Assembly: GCA_003971905.1 (NCBI GenBank)
Contig: RSEE01000041.1
Location: 310,001 to 374,000, forward strand
DNA: 64,000 nucleotides
Source of the DNA: Moniliella sp. 'wahieum'
Taxonomy: Eukaryota
Reading direction: 5' to 3'
The notes below the pieces were generated by a model. The model was not told where the DNA came from. It saw only the letters and a list, made by a program, of their open reading frames with translations, and ran no database searches. Position numbers and translations under genes: made by a program. The number at the start of each line of letters is the position of its first letter. Positions within the stretch are counted from its first letter, which is position 1. Below, one piece after another: positions 37,501 to 49,857 of this stretch.

Positions 37501-37746
37501 CAGCCACGGTTTTGGCTTTCGCGCCACTGTCGATTATTATAGGTCACTCGCGCGTCACTCCAATCGCATATAACTCTCACCCACCCGTCCCACTGATTAC
37601 CACCATTGTCACCACCGCTCCACCTGCACCACTGCTCCCACTTCCACTTCCACCGTCGCTTCCACTCCCACTTCCACACGGCTACCACGGCCACCCTATT
37701 TCTGTTCCGACCGCTCGTTGTCCGCACCCTCTTTTTTCCCTCCACC

Positions 37747-39783
37747 ATGTCCCTCCCAGTTACCTCCCATTCGACTCCAAGGCTTCGAGCTAGCCTCGAG
37801 TTGATCGATTTTGACCTCACCAGCCTCGATAATGTCAGGCTCGGACTACCTCCAAGGCCGTCTACCCTTCCACAAGACCGAACCACACTCCCTTACTCCC
37901 GTGACCGGGCCAGCATACCGCCACTACCCAACGCCCATCAAGCCCGCATCGATGAAGTCCGTGTTGAAGTCGAACTCGACGAAGAGGTGCCTCGGCGCCG
38001 GAGACGCTATCGCCGAAGAATCCCTCCCCCTCTTATTTTATCCGACACCATCTTGAACCACCTCCTAGCGGACAAGGCATCCGTCAAAACTATCGAAACG
38101 AAACCGCAACAATCATCTCTTCTGTCACCCTCATTCAAATCCTGGGCGTCCCAAGTATTGATATCCTCGCCGCATCTTCATCGCCCCGGTCGTCTTGAAC
38201 ATAGTTCTCCTACTGTCAACACTCATTCTGCCACCCTGCACCGCCCCAACAGCGTCCGTAACCGCTCTTCCCGCCTCTTCGGGGACTTACTTCCTCGCAT
38301 ATCCTCTTCGGGAAGTGAAGCTGTCCTAGGCTCACCCATACCCAACGAAGACACTGTTCCTCCTGGCTCCCCCTTTGTCAAAAGCGACTTTGTTAAAGCC
38401 CAGTCGTCACCCCTTTCCTTTACCTGCTGTGGAAACCCAGAAGAAAGTTTTTTGGAGGAACTGGGTGCATTCTCTGTTCCGTCAAACTCGTTCCAGCAGA
38501 GCGACGCTGCCATCTTGAGTAGCCTCTCTGGCCTCCATGCTAACCATCCGTTCTTGCATGACTTCGAAAGAAAGGAATGCCCTTCCACCGATTTTTTCAT
38601 CACGGAACTGGCAAATACGTTCCTGTTGCACGATCCAAAACCGCCCGGCGACGACAAGTGCGGGTCTGATGTTAGCGAGGGTACGCCTCTTTTCGAATTG
38701 TTTCCTCTCGTTCCTATTACTCACTCTGTCAAATGTACAGCCGTCATTACCGGTATTACCGGCGCACTCGGACGATCACATTTTGAACGTGGTCGATGGA
38801 TGGGAGATGACATTGACTGTCTGTCATCTCTCAAGACCAGCACCATTGATAACCTGGAGAGGCCGGAAGATCCAGGGCCAGATGTACCTCACCCTCACCC
38901 CGCGGGCTCGACCACATTGCCCTGTCCTCATCCGCATGCGATCAGCACCTCCCAAAACAAAATTCCCGACGGTGGGCTACCGATGACACGAACTCAGGCT
39001 GTCAGCCTTGGGACTGGAGATGGACCCCCCCGCCTGAGTCTGCGTCTGCTGGGATCGGAGTGGTACGACTGGCAGGGTGAGGGATCTGCACCTTTGGGAC
39101 ACTCTGAGCCGGACGCAACCACAAACCAGGAGCCGTCTACACGCGCACACAGCAACCCCTCGACAGGTTCGCTCATGCGGAACGGGTCTCGAGGCTCTAC
39201 CACAACTTCTCCTACAGTCTACTCTCTGGATGAAGATGCTCCCGTCTCCCGCGAGCGTAAGACCAATAGCACGTCTACCTCGAGGAATTCGGGGACCTCA
39301 TCTCTGTTTCCCAAAACTCGAATCAGCACCGTCGACGGTCCTTCGACGGATCCAGTGGAAGAAAGTCACCAGGCTGGCATGACGTTAAAAGAAGCTCGTT
39401 CCAAGTTCCTTTCCCCTCTTGCGCATGTGCCACTGCCGGCTTTAGCCAGTTCGGTCGGGAGGGTCAGTTTGACCTCCCGTCCAGTCTCTACCCCCGCTTT
39501 TCCCCCATCGTTTTTGCCTTCTAAAGAGACTATTCCAGCGCCGATTCCAAAGGGGAGTGCGCATGACGAATCAAAGGATAAAAAAAGGACCAGGAAGGGA
39601 AGCAAAGAATCCGGAGCTACTCCCACAGTCCCAACTTCCTCGGCCAAGATGGCAGAGGACACGCCAGCGACGCTTGCATCCCCACTGGGACCTCTGCCGC
39701 CCGAGTCCAAGTCAAAGTTCCACTTGATCCGGGGTACAAGTTGGTCAAGCCCCGGATTCCAGCCCTCTCCCAAGCAACGCTGA
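37747..39783 (+). CDS. Hypothetical Ser/Pro-rich protein, possibly continuing to about 40070 through frameshifts
   Basis: Uninterrupted ORF of about 2 kb from CACCATG at 37747; no recognisable domain. Confidence 0.6.
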   Translation: MSLPVTSHSTPRLRASLELIDFDLTSLDNVRLGLPPRPSTLPQDRTTLPYSRDRASIPPLPNAHQARIDEVRVEVELDEEVPRRRRRYRRRIPPPLILSDTILNHLLADKASVKTIETKPQQSSLLSPSFKSWASQVLISSPHLHRPGRLEHSSPTVNTHSATLHRPNSVRNRSSRLFGDLLPRISSSGSEAVLGSPIPNEDTVPPGSPFVKSDFVKAQSSPLSFTCCGNPEESFLEELGAFSVPSNSFQQSDAAILSSLSGLHANHPFLHDFERKECPSTDFFITELANTFLLHDPKPPGDDKCGSDVSEGTPLFELFPLVPITHSVKCTAVITGITGALGRSHFERGRWMGDDIDCLSSLKTSTIDNLERPEDPGPDVPHPHPAGSTTLPCPHPHAISTSQNKIPDGGLPMTRTQAVSLGTGDGPPRLSLRLLGSEWYDWQGEGSAPLGHSEPDATTNQEPSTRAHSNPSTGSLMRNGSRGSTTTSPTVYSLDEDAPVSRERKTNSTSTSRNSGTSSLFPKTRISTVDGPSTDPVEESHQAGMTLKEARSKFLSPLAHVPLPALASSVGRVSLTSRPVSTPAFPPSFLPSKETIPAPIPKGSAHDESKDKKRTRKGSKESGATPTVPTSSAKMAEDTPATLASPLGPLPPESKSKFHLIRGTSWSSPGFQPSPKQR

Positions 39784-40763
39784 CTCCACCAAACACAAAA
39801 GCAGAGGGGGCATCTCATTCATTTCCTTAGGGTCCGCCGCGATCACAAGACTTGGCGTGGCTGGCTGGCCCCTTTCCCTCCTAAGCAAGAGCAGGAGGAA
39901 GTCCAACTCCAATCCGGCAACTTGTCTCCCGCCTCTGCCTCTCGCCCTTGATCCAAAAATCTTTACACTCCTCTTCTTGGCGCGAGGCGCTGAAGCCAGA
40001 AGACAAAAAATGGGGTGAAATTACCGCATTGGAATTCGTGTCGATCATATATTTTGCCACATTGTGTATGTGTGGTACATCACTTTCTTTTCGTCCCGTC
40101 CATCCTGCCAACACTTCGACCTTTTGTCACCACTCTCTCTGTTCTGTGGCCCAAGCGTAAAATCTGACTATATATCTCCTGTCGTTTCCGGAATCACTTG
40201 CCAAATTCATATTCTTACAAGTAATACCCACTGACTCAGTATGATATAAATACTAAGCTGTGAGAATCAGCTGCTCTCTGGTAGGTGTCCAAGGTACTGC
40301 GCGATATATATGTTGTGAACTCCGTATCTCCCTTCATTCTCGTTTCTACGTGGTGAGTCAAGATCATGGTGATAAACATCCGAGCAGCCGGCGGTGGCTG
40401 CCAGTGATCGTTCTGGTGAACCTTGAACGTTGAACCATCTCCATTGAGACTCTTTCCACACAGTGCCCAAACATCAGATGTACACTACCTCATTGTCGAG
40501 AAGGGGGCTGTATCTAATACGAGAGTCATAGTATTGTCAGGTTGTTATAGTTTGTTCGTAGTATCGAGTCATTTGGAAAGCTATAGGGGACAGAGGAAGA
40601 AGGCTGAGAGGGCGTCTTTATGGTGCGCATAGGGGCCATCGGTTGGGAACATGTGTTACGCTTTGTATAATGCGCAGCCGCCTCTCGATGTGGCCTCATT
40701 GAGGTACATGGAAGGGAAGCAAAAGAAAAGAAGAACGAGAAAACAGGGGAAGCAGAAAACAAT

Positions 40764-42650
40764 TCAAGCCAGGGTCCGGGGAACCAGCTTGCAAAGGTAC
40801 GGGTTGATCATGGGAAGCGTGACACTAGCGCCATAGGTGGGAGGGTTGCGAGCCAGAGCTTCTTGGTTGAAGACAATGTCAAAGTGGCCCAGCAACAACG
40901 ACAAGACTGAACAAGCTTCATACAGAGCCAGTGTCTGGCCCAAGCACAGGCGCGGACCTGCGTTGAAGGCATGAAACACGTACGGACTAAACGTTTTCAG
41001 CGAACCGTCCGGCTTGAGGAATCGCTGTGGCTTGAATTCCTCACAATCCGCGCCCCACACTTCGGGCATACGCGCCATCATATAATCCGAAAAGTTCACC
41101 GTCGTGCCCTTTTGGATGATCACGTCGGGAAGGGGCGCGCTGGGCACCGCCCCAGTTCCATAAGGGTCAAGCGGTGTGCCCCCGACCAGTTTCTCTTGCG
41201 CATAGGGCGGATGACATCGGATTCGACAGCATATTTGATGTTCTTGGCCACCGGGGGCTGCAGGCGCAACGTCTCATGCACCACAGCTTGAGTATAGGGC
41301 ATATTTTTCAGGTCGTCATACTCCATCAGACGCTGGTCTCGTCCTTCGCCCAAAACGGTGGCAAACTCTTCCCGCATGCGCACAATCACCTCCGCCGGGG
41401 CCGAGTGGAGGAGATAGATGCACCACGTCAACGCCTGTGCCGTCGTGTCCCGTCCAGCAATGATAAAGTTGAGCACGACCGGAAGCAGCTCGTCCCGGGT
41501 TAAACCTTCGTTCATAAAGAGTTGAAGCAAGTCTTTCCCCTCCTTGGTCTGGGCCCCCTTTTGGTCCCCACCGCGCGCCTGACTGCCTGCCGCTGATCAA
41601 TAATATCATAGCAGGTGGTGCGGATCGTGGCCAATGCGGCTCGCATCTTGCGGCCCCGCTGGGAGAACAGTTCGGTCACCTTGAACAGTGGGTCCATAAA
41701 CCGGTCATTGATCACCGTCTGAGCATAGTCAAAGGCCACGGCAAACGGAACTTGTTTCGACAAGCCAGCTACCTCGGGCCTGTTACAACACACCATAGGT
41801 TCAGTACGTAGACTCGCGCGGTGGTAGGGTCAGGGGGAGATTATATAGAAAAGGTCGGTACGTACGGGAGACATCCTAGATTGGCTCCAAAGGCCATCAT
41901 ACCAAAGGTTTCAAGCGTATAGCGAAAGAAGATATCCGGCAACACAATTTCCTCTTGCCGAGCCGCCGCATCGTCAGCCAAACGCTTCAGAACAACAAGA
42001 TGGTGTTGGACCGAGTGTTGAACATGGGAACGAAAGTTGCTCACGGAAAACTGTATGAAAAGGCAAAATCGTCTTTGGTCAGAACCACAGTGTCCAGACC
42101 ACCTATACAATACAAACCAGAGCGGGAGGGAGAAGAGGCATCACAAGAACAAAGAAGAACACGTACAATACGCGAGGCGAGCTTACGCTGCCGTCTCCAC
42201 ACGTCGCCATCGGCAACAAAGATGCCCGTCTCGGAGAGCAGGTCAGCAAAGTGGCGGCGGAAAGGGGCGCCCTTGACGTAGTTGTCAAAGTTCCCTTTGG
42301 AACTTTGAATCCACTGCAAGTATTCAGGCCGGTTCAACGTCGTGGTCTGACCGCCGAGGGTAGGAATATGGAATGCAAACGGGCGTCCACCGGTCCCGAC
42401 GGTACGTTGATACCCCAGCATCTGGTCCAACAGGTGGTCCGTCTGGCCGGATATCGATCCCACATCAGATTCCAGCTCCCAATCAGGGGCACACCGCCAG
42501 GAATGCTAGGCACCCGGGAATCTTGCGCACGCCAATCGGGCGGTCCGGATAGAGGAGAACGAGGATGAGGAGGACCGAAGCCCCGACGACGAGGACGAGG
42601 AGCGGAATGGGCACTTGGGCGAACATGTTGAGGTCCAGTAGTGATGCCAT
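40764..42650 (-). CDS. Cytochrome P450 (fatty-acid hydroxylase-like); introns at about 42051-42166 and 41780-41865
   Basis: GIFVADGDVWRRQRK, I-helix NFIIAGRDTTAQAL, ETLR, FKPQRF, heme motif FNAGPRLCLG. Confidence 0.93.
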
Positions 42651-43370
42651 GGCGAGCGAGAGTAGTGCGGTAGCGGTAGAGGCAAGCCCTGACGAGGAAA
42701 GCGGCCCTACACGAAGCTGGGGGGTAGGGGGAGGAGAGAGTCCTGGGCATGCTGCCGGGTTGATATATCCCCCCCCCCGCCCCGCTTCAGTACGTTATGC
42801 GCCCGCTCTCTCCTGCACCTTTGCAACGAAAACCTATACTACAGCGTCAAACGCGGGGCGTAAGTACGGTAGAGACCCCAACACAGACATAATAAATACA
42901 CTCCCTTTTACTCAGAGATTGATTGGTAAGGCCGAGCTAGGCGAGATCCTCGCCATGGTCCCCGTGCCCTATAGGCTTGCCACCTCCTTGTGCTGGGGGG
43001 GCGCATACCCTTTCACGGTGTGTGGCATGCTTACCTATCTGGCGCTGGGGCAGGAGAGTCGAATTCCCCCGTTTGGCGCTCGTAATCTTGTGGCTGACAA
43101 AATTAAGCAGCAATAAGTGCCTTGCTTATTGCAGCTGCATGAGAAAAGGTGTGGCGGGGTTACCGGTTTAACGCCGCTCACCGGGCTCAGGCTCAGTGGT
43201 GAGGCTCACTGGTCGCCGCTATCCCCATCCGTCCCCTCTTTCCTTTTTCCTCTTCGCAAGAAGGGTCACACAGGTCTGCTTGACGTGGACGATAATCGAC
43301 AAGGCCCAGGCGCAATAAGCGCAAGCGGGGCATATTTACCCCCACACAGCGGATGATTAATGGGTGGGGC

Positions 43371-43480
43371 CGATGATCGATGATCGATGTCGATGGGGCT
43401 GCATGATGCATGATGGATTCGATGATGTCGATGCAGCGATGAGCGATGATCGATGATCGATGATCATCGATGACGTCGAC
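43371..43480. repeat. Period-7 micro-array (TCGA-TGA)n mixed with (TGCA-TGA)n
   Basis: cgatgatcgatgatcgatg...gcatgatgcatgatg...gatgatcgatgatcgatgatcatcgatga. Confidence 0.9.
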
Positions 43481-44329
43481 GACGCCTGGAATATCGTTGG
43501 TGGCTGAGTCAATGGAAGGCCGAGCCAGGCCGACGGTGCAGCCTATGTTCAAAGGCAAAGCCAGTTGCTAGTTCCCACCTCCATTCGTTGGGGGGCACAG
43601 TCCTTTCACAAGTATGACAGGATGCATGATGCATGATGCTGCCGTGTGACAATGTGCGAACACAAAAAAAGTAGTGCCCACACACTGGGCCAACGGCTGT
43701 ATTTGGGACCAAGCGTCTGTGCGGAACAGCCTCAAGACGTCCGCCACGCCACACGCGTTCGCACGGCCCCCGCAGGCGCTAACCTCGGCCCTCACACACC
43801 TCACGCTTCAGGCTGAGTGATTGATGACTGGATAACCTCCATCCACCCATCCATTGTATTACTTCTGTCTGCAGCACCAAACCGGATGCGATGCTACAAG
43901 CTGAACGAGAGAGATGCGATTGGGGGGGGGGGGGAGGAGGACTTCCATGAGTACTAAGTCAAGCAGTCCCATCCGGGCGTCAGCACAGAGATAAGAGGGG
44001 GGCAAAAGATTTTATGAAGCTCCTTAGGGGCAGGCGAGTAGAAGGGAGCACAGAAGAGAACAAGGGACAAGGGGGCACAGAGGAGAGAGAGGCGACGCAA
44101 AGAAGCGGCGAAGCGAATACCACATAGAGTAGCTGCCTTTCCGTTCTGGGGACGAGGGATAACACATTGTGAGGGAAGGGGAGGGGGAGGGGGGGGCGGG
44201 GGAGGGGGAAAAAGGAAAGCGAAAGGGGGGGTATCAACAGTCGGGCCCTGGCACACACGGCCCATCCCAAACCCCCATCCCAAAACGGGAGGGGGGGGGG
44301 CACTGTGGCGGACAAGCCGACGGAAGGGA

Positions 44330-46704
44330 CTAGCAATACACCGTAGGTGTAGGTGCGTGCTTGGCGATGCTCTCCAGCACCTCTACAATCACACGCGGGT
44401 TGACCATGAGCGAATGACCTGCGCCGCGTACCCGGCGGATCTCGACCAAGGGCATTTGCGTCTGCATCCAGACCAACCCCGTAAACGAGATGCGTTCGTC
44501 CTTGTCGCCGTGCCACACGACAGAGGTAGTTGGACCTGCGGGAAAGTGAACCCCCAGGGCTTGGCGCCGCGGGTGGCAAGGATGCGCACAGGTCGGCCAG
44601 TGCCGCCGTGTGTGGCCTCGGCGTGAGCAGCTTGAAGTAAAGCCGTTCCCAATACGTCCCGTGGAGGCCGCGTGCGCGCAGGAAGTGGCAGGCTGCCCGC
44701 CGAAGGTGCCGCGGACGGGTTGGCACGGTCTTGGACCGTTTGGAGGAGACAGGCAGACCACGTTTGCCTCGTGATGAGGAAGGCGACAGGCTCGGGGAGG
44801 GCGGGGCGGACGAAGGTTGCGAGGGGGACGTAGCCCAGGAAAGGACGGCACGAACGTCACCCAAGGACGAATGGGACGAGTGAGCACTCTCGCTGCTGGA
44901 ACGAAACCAGCGATGGTGGGCAAAGGAAAGACGGTCATTCGAGTTCCGGTTCGGCCTCCAACGCAGGGTCTGTTCCCAGTGACAAGACCTCCACTTCTCC
45001 TTCGTCCTCCTCCTCCATCCCGGGGGAAGAAGGGAACGCACCACTGTGACCCAGAGGTTCAAGCGCCGCCGAGGCAGACTCGGAACGGAGTCGCCCATCA
45101 GGTCGATCGCCAAAGGCACTGGCGCTCCGGACCACTCTCCCATCCTGAGCCGCTTTCCGCAGATCGGTTTCCGAATGGTGTGTTAAGATGGGAGGCGATT
45201 GGGTCCAGGAGGCAGAACGAGTGTGGTGTTGTTCGGTCTGAGGCAAAGTTGATGGTGGAAGAAGGGGTGAGGGTGGGGGAGGCAGGGATCCTGGCAGGCG
45301 GCGCGGGAGGCCGGCCCAGTTTCCAGCCTTGGACATGCCATTCGGCCGTCTGGGCCGTACGGAGAAGCGAATGGGGCACATACCGAAGCAGTGATAGCCC
45401 GGCTCGACCGCCGGGTGGGGGGGAAACCCACGGTGCGAGCAGATGGATTGGCCCAACGACCTGGTCAGGAAAGGCAAGGGCAGTCGCCATGGCAACGGAG
45501 CACCTGCACTATGCGCCAATAGGCCAAACTGGCCCACCCCAATGCGGCTGCCACTTCGCCCATGACGCTGGCCCAGTCTTGCACACCAAATTCAGCTGTC
45601 GACACTGCGTCTGTGCGTCCCATCCCCCATCGGTCGGCACAGATGAGGCGCAGGCCAAGGGCATGCGCCAAGTCGTCATATAGCCCACGAGGTGACGTAC
45701 GGCGCCGAGGCCGAGAAAGACAAGGACGGAAGGCCGGCGGGATCGCCAACGTCGGCGACGGATACCGCAAGCCCTTGTTGGGAGGACGGTCGAGCTGATG
45801 ATGCGAGTCAAACGGGGCGAGTGGACATAGTCGAGGATCTCCTCGGCCGATTCGGTGCCGAGACGGAGGGGGCCGAAGCGAGGGACGAGGGAGGCCCAGG
45901 GAGAAGGGGAAGGTGCTGGGAGCGGAGTGGGGGGGGCGGATGAGGGCGCGATGGGAGCCGACATGGAGTGGGTATCGGGCAGGAGGGCCGGGGGGGAGGG
46001 GGAGGGGACGAGGGCGACGAGGGTTGCAGTCGCTGATACACAGCCGCATTGTGCGCAATCAGCTGGGCCAGCACGGGGTCGGCGTGTGCGTCGGTGTCGG
46101 GCGGCGGCGGCGGAGGAGGGGAAGAGGGATCGGGCGGCGGGAGGAGGGAGGCGTGGGAGACGGGGCGGGTGCGGGAGCGGGGTGTGGGGGGGGGTGGACA
46201 GACACCAGGTCCCACGAGGCAGCCGAGGCGCAGGAGGGGGCGCGGACGTGGAAGCGGAGTGGGTCCGAGGGATGGGGCGGTTGGGGCGTGGCGGGGGGGC
46301 CTGGTGCTGGGGCTGGGGAGGTGGGTGGACGGAGGAGGGCAGCGCGTGCGACGAGGCGAGGCAGCTTGCTCGCCGTGCGTGGCGGGGCCGTGCGTGGTGG
46401 GGCCGTGTGCGCGGCGGGGGGGAGCAGGCGGATGGGGGCGCAAGAAGCGGAGCAGGCTGCGCTTCCCAGTGGCAGGGGGGGTGGCCGCAGCAGAGGCCGC
46501 AGCAGGGGCAGGGCCAGAGCAGAGCCTGTGCCTGCGGCCGCAGCCGAGCATGCAGGCGGGGGCTGCATTGGCAGTGCTGCCGATCGGAGGCAGGGCCACC
46601 CCCGTGCGTGGCTCCATGGCCAGGTGGGCATCGGCAGAGGCCGCAGACAGCGGCAGAGCAGGGGGGACGGGTATCACGCAAGGCGCGGCGGCATGGGATG
46701 GCAA
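44330..46704 (-). CDS. Alpha/beta-hydrolase-fold protein with long low-complexity inserts; start approximate
   Basis: VFLGLGAVR..LYDDLAHALGLRLICADRWGMGRTD, nucleophile elbow LAHSAGAP, LLAPWV, VWHGDKDERI, GAGHSLM. Confidence 0.8.
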
Positions 46705-48126
46705 TGCAGGGGGTCGGCGCAGGGGGCGTTAGGACGTGGGCCGCAAGCGAGCGCTGTGTCGCGGGGGCGGGCTGGCCAGGCGGCGGGGGGCATGCGCTGG
46801 GGGTGCCGGGGGGGCGGGCAGGGCGGTGCGCGTTGCTCGGCGCGGCGCAGGTTGGAGAGGGCGCGGGTGCGGCTCAAGCGTGCGCGCGCACACACCCCCG
46901 CAGCCGACGGCGGCCAGGGCGCGCAGAGGGGCCGCAGGCGCTGGGCAGCGGCGGCGCTGCAGCGGCGGTGCGCGTGCTGTCCAAGGACGACATGCCCGCG
47001 GGGCTGCTGAGGCAGGGCGCAGCGTAGGCCTTAGGCCGTCGGGGAGCAGCCGGCCCAAACAAGATGCGCCGCTGCCAGCGATGGCATGCGATGGCTTGGT
47101 CGCATTGGATCGGATTGGATGGCGTTTATCCGTCAGGCACAATGGCCGACGGCCCTCCCCTCCGAAAAAAACTTATAATTGCGCCGCGCGCGCCCGCTGC
47201 CACCCCTCGCCCATTCCACCCACCCAGTCACCGGGATCCCAACTCCGCCACCGTCAGGCCAAATCAATCCGTTACGTTGCCCGAGTCCTGCTGGGTTTGC
47301 ACGTGTGACGAAAACCTTCCGATGCCCCTCTCTGGATGCAGGTCTACGGTAAGAGCCGGGGAGGGCGACGGAGTCGAACCAGGCGTGGTACACAACTGAT
47401 GCAAAATGATTCATTGGTAGAGGAGAGCACATGGGGCTTTAGGATATCTGGCTAGGGCTGATTGCGCTGGTTCCTTGGATGAGGAGCTGCAAGGTGGTGC
47501 TGCTCTTCTTTCATTCCACCACCACCTGGCTTTCTGAGAACCCGATTGGGATACGGTGCACGATTCTGTTGATGGGCTAACCCACGAATTTTGATTCTCT
47601 GCTTTATAGTCCCCTCGACCACCTCGACCGCTTCCTCTCCCTTGGCCCTGCACTTACTTGGTCCTGATGGTGCCAATCCCCAGCTCGGTTATGCTTGCGT
47701 CACAACGCCGCGGGCATGGCCATGCACTGGCTTGCAGCAACCCCTTCCCCACTGATCTTTGAGCTTTATCATGAGCTGAACATAGCTCGCCAGTGTGCAT
47801 CCACCCCGTCTCTCCCAAAGACCGATCATGCCACGCGCCGATACTGCCACCTCCCACTTTCCATTCTGAACATCGAGTCGCTCCTGCTTGGGGAAAGACG
47901 GTCCGTTGTTCCGGCTACCTCGATGAGTTGAGCCATCTTTATGTATGGGATGCTTTGGGGAGAGGAGCTAGAGGCGAGCAACGTGGACCTAGAATACCTG
48001 TCATCTGAGGGGGCGCGTCGCTGTACGCAACGACGGTTACCTATGGCTGGCTGACTGGGTGGGGCTTGACAGCGTGCGAAAGGAGTAGTGAGTGCGCGAT
48101 TGGGGAGCGAGGAGTTTGAGACGCAA

Positions 48127-49114
48127 TTACTTCCGGGACTTGGCCGCATCGGGGTCTTCCGAGGCACTAGGAAGGCAAAAGAGTCAGGTGCCACGTCGGA
48201 TGTGAGAGGGAAGAGGGGGATACACATTGAGCAGGAGCGACTCGGCATCGAGCATGATCTTGTGCCACTGGTCGACAAGGTGGCAGCGATTTCCCTTGCG
48301 GCCTCCAGCTTGCGCAGAGCAAGGAAGCCCTTGTTCTTCTTGAGTGCTTCGCCAATCAGTTCGGCGGAACGGGCCTCACCCTGCGCCTTGACAATGATCG
48401 ACTGCTTCTCCTGCACCGCCTGGTCGACGAGGAAGGCAGCACGCTGAGCAGTCTGCTGAGCAATCTGCTTGGCTTCGACGGCTTGCGTAAACTCAGGACT
48501 GAAGGCAACATGGGTAATCGACACATCGTCGAGTACCAAGTTGAACCTTCTAGCCCGGGCGGTAAGCGAGTCACGGACCAAGCGCGAGACCATTTCCCGC
48601 TGCGTAATCAACTGGGACGCATTGAACTGGGCCACCACCGCTTTCAGCACCTCGTTGACAATCGACGGAAGCACCCGCTCATCATAGTCGGCACCCAGTT
48701 CGCGGTAGATGGTAGGCAACTGGTGTGCGTCCGGACGAGAGAGGACACGGCAGGTAATGTTGACCATCTGCAAGTCCTTGGTGCCCGTCAAGGAAGCGAT
48801 GCTGCGCGGCTTGGCACGCACATCGTAGTCAATCGGATGTTCAAACCAGGGAAGAAGGAAATGCGTTCCCTCGGGATAGACAGTGGGAAGTACACCATCG
48901 ATACGACTGTACTTGATCGCACGGTGACCACCATCGACGTTGAACAGCGACGCATTGATGCCCACCGCCAGCACCACCAAGCCCACCAACGCGCCCGTAC
49001 CGCCAAGCACACCCTTCGGAGGACCACGGCCGCCACCAGGGAACGATCCACGGCCGCGCCCCTGGCGGTGGCCTGCATCCGGCGCATAAACTCGTCCATC
49101 GGCGAGCGCGACAT
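48127..49114 (-). CDS. PHB2: Prohibitin-2; short intron near the 3' end (about 48168-48222)
   Basis: [86 protein letters not shown]. Confidence 0.95.
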
Positions 49115-49586
49115 GAGCAAAGAGACAGACAAGCTGATGGAAGCCACCCAACCACCGCCCACGCCCCCCCCCCCAACCATCAAACAACCTTCGGGCCTCA
49201 GAGCTTCGGCCTCGCTGAGCCGGCCATTTCCGAAGCCTCCTCCTGGTTCCGCCCGGGCCGCCGAGCCAGGTGTGCACAGTAGGGTTGTCACGGTCATCCG
49301 TCTTACTCATGCACTCATGCATCATTCGTCCTGCGCCACGCTGTCATGCATCATGACGTAGTCATCGCTCACCGACAAGGCCATCGATCATCCCGTGTCG
49401 CAATTTGCCTGCCGCATCACGTGCACCTCGTTGCTTTGTTTCCAACGTCAAATCCACCGTGGAGCCGCGCACTCTGCCCATTCTGTACCCATCTTTCCCA
49501 GCCGGACATGCCCCAGCAGGGGTGTATGAATAGGAGCTGAGGCTTTTGCTTATTCGCGTAAAAATGAAATGGCAAGCCCAAAAAAG

Positions 49587-49670
49587 TAGCTACCGTCGGT
49601 CTTGATCCGACGACCTGTGGGTCACAGAGCAATTATGAGCCCACCGCTCTTCCGCCTGAGCTAGGTAGCT
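49587..49670 (-). tRNA. Initiator tRNA-Met(CAT) with an 11-nt intron (49623-49633)
   Basis: Cloverleaf AGCTACC/GGTAGCT with A1:U72, anticodon arm GTGGG-CT-CAT-A^A-CCCAC with three G:C pairs, T-loop ATCAAGA (A54/A60), downstream T-run terminator. Confidence 0.93.
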
Positions 49671-49857
49671 GCTATTATTAGGGTTCAAGCGGTTCCCAAC
49701 AATACCTGTAGCTTTCCTAGCTATCAATTGATTGAGCCACCGATGAATCGTCCCCCGGTTTACGTTCTACCATCTCGTTCGTAACTTGCATGACCGACAG
49801 CATGCCATGACTAGTTATACACTTTGAGCGCGGAGCACAGGTGTATTAAGGAATCAT

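Noticed and set aside
45509..47308. Multiple long overlapping Gly/Arg/Pro-rich ORFs on both strands
   Set aside because: These are stop-poor shadows of very high-GC DNA at the 5' end of the hydrolase gene
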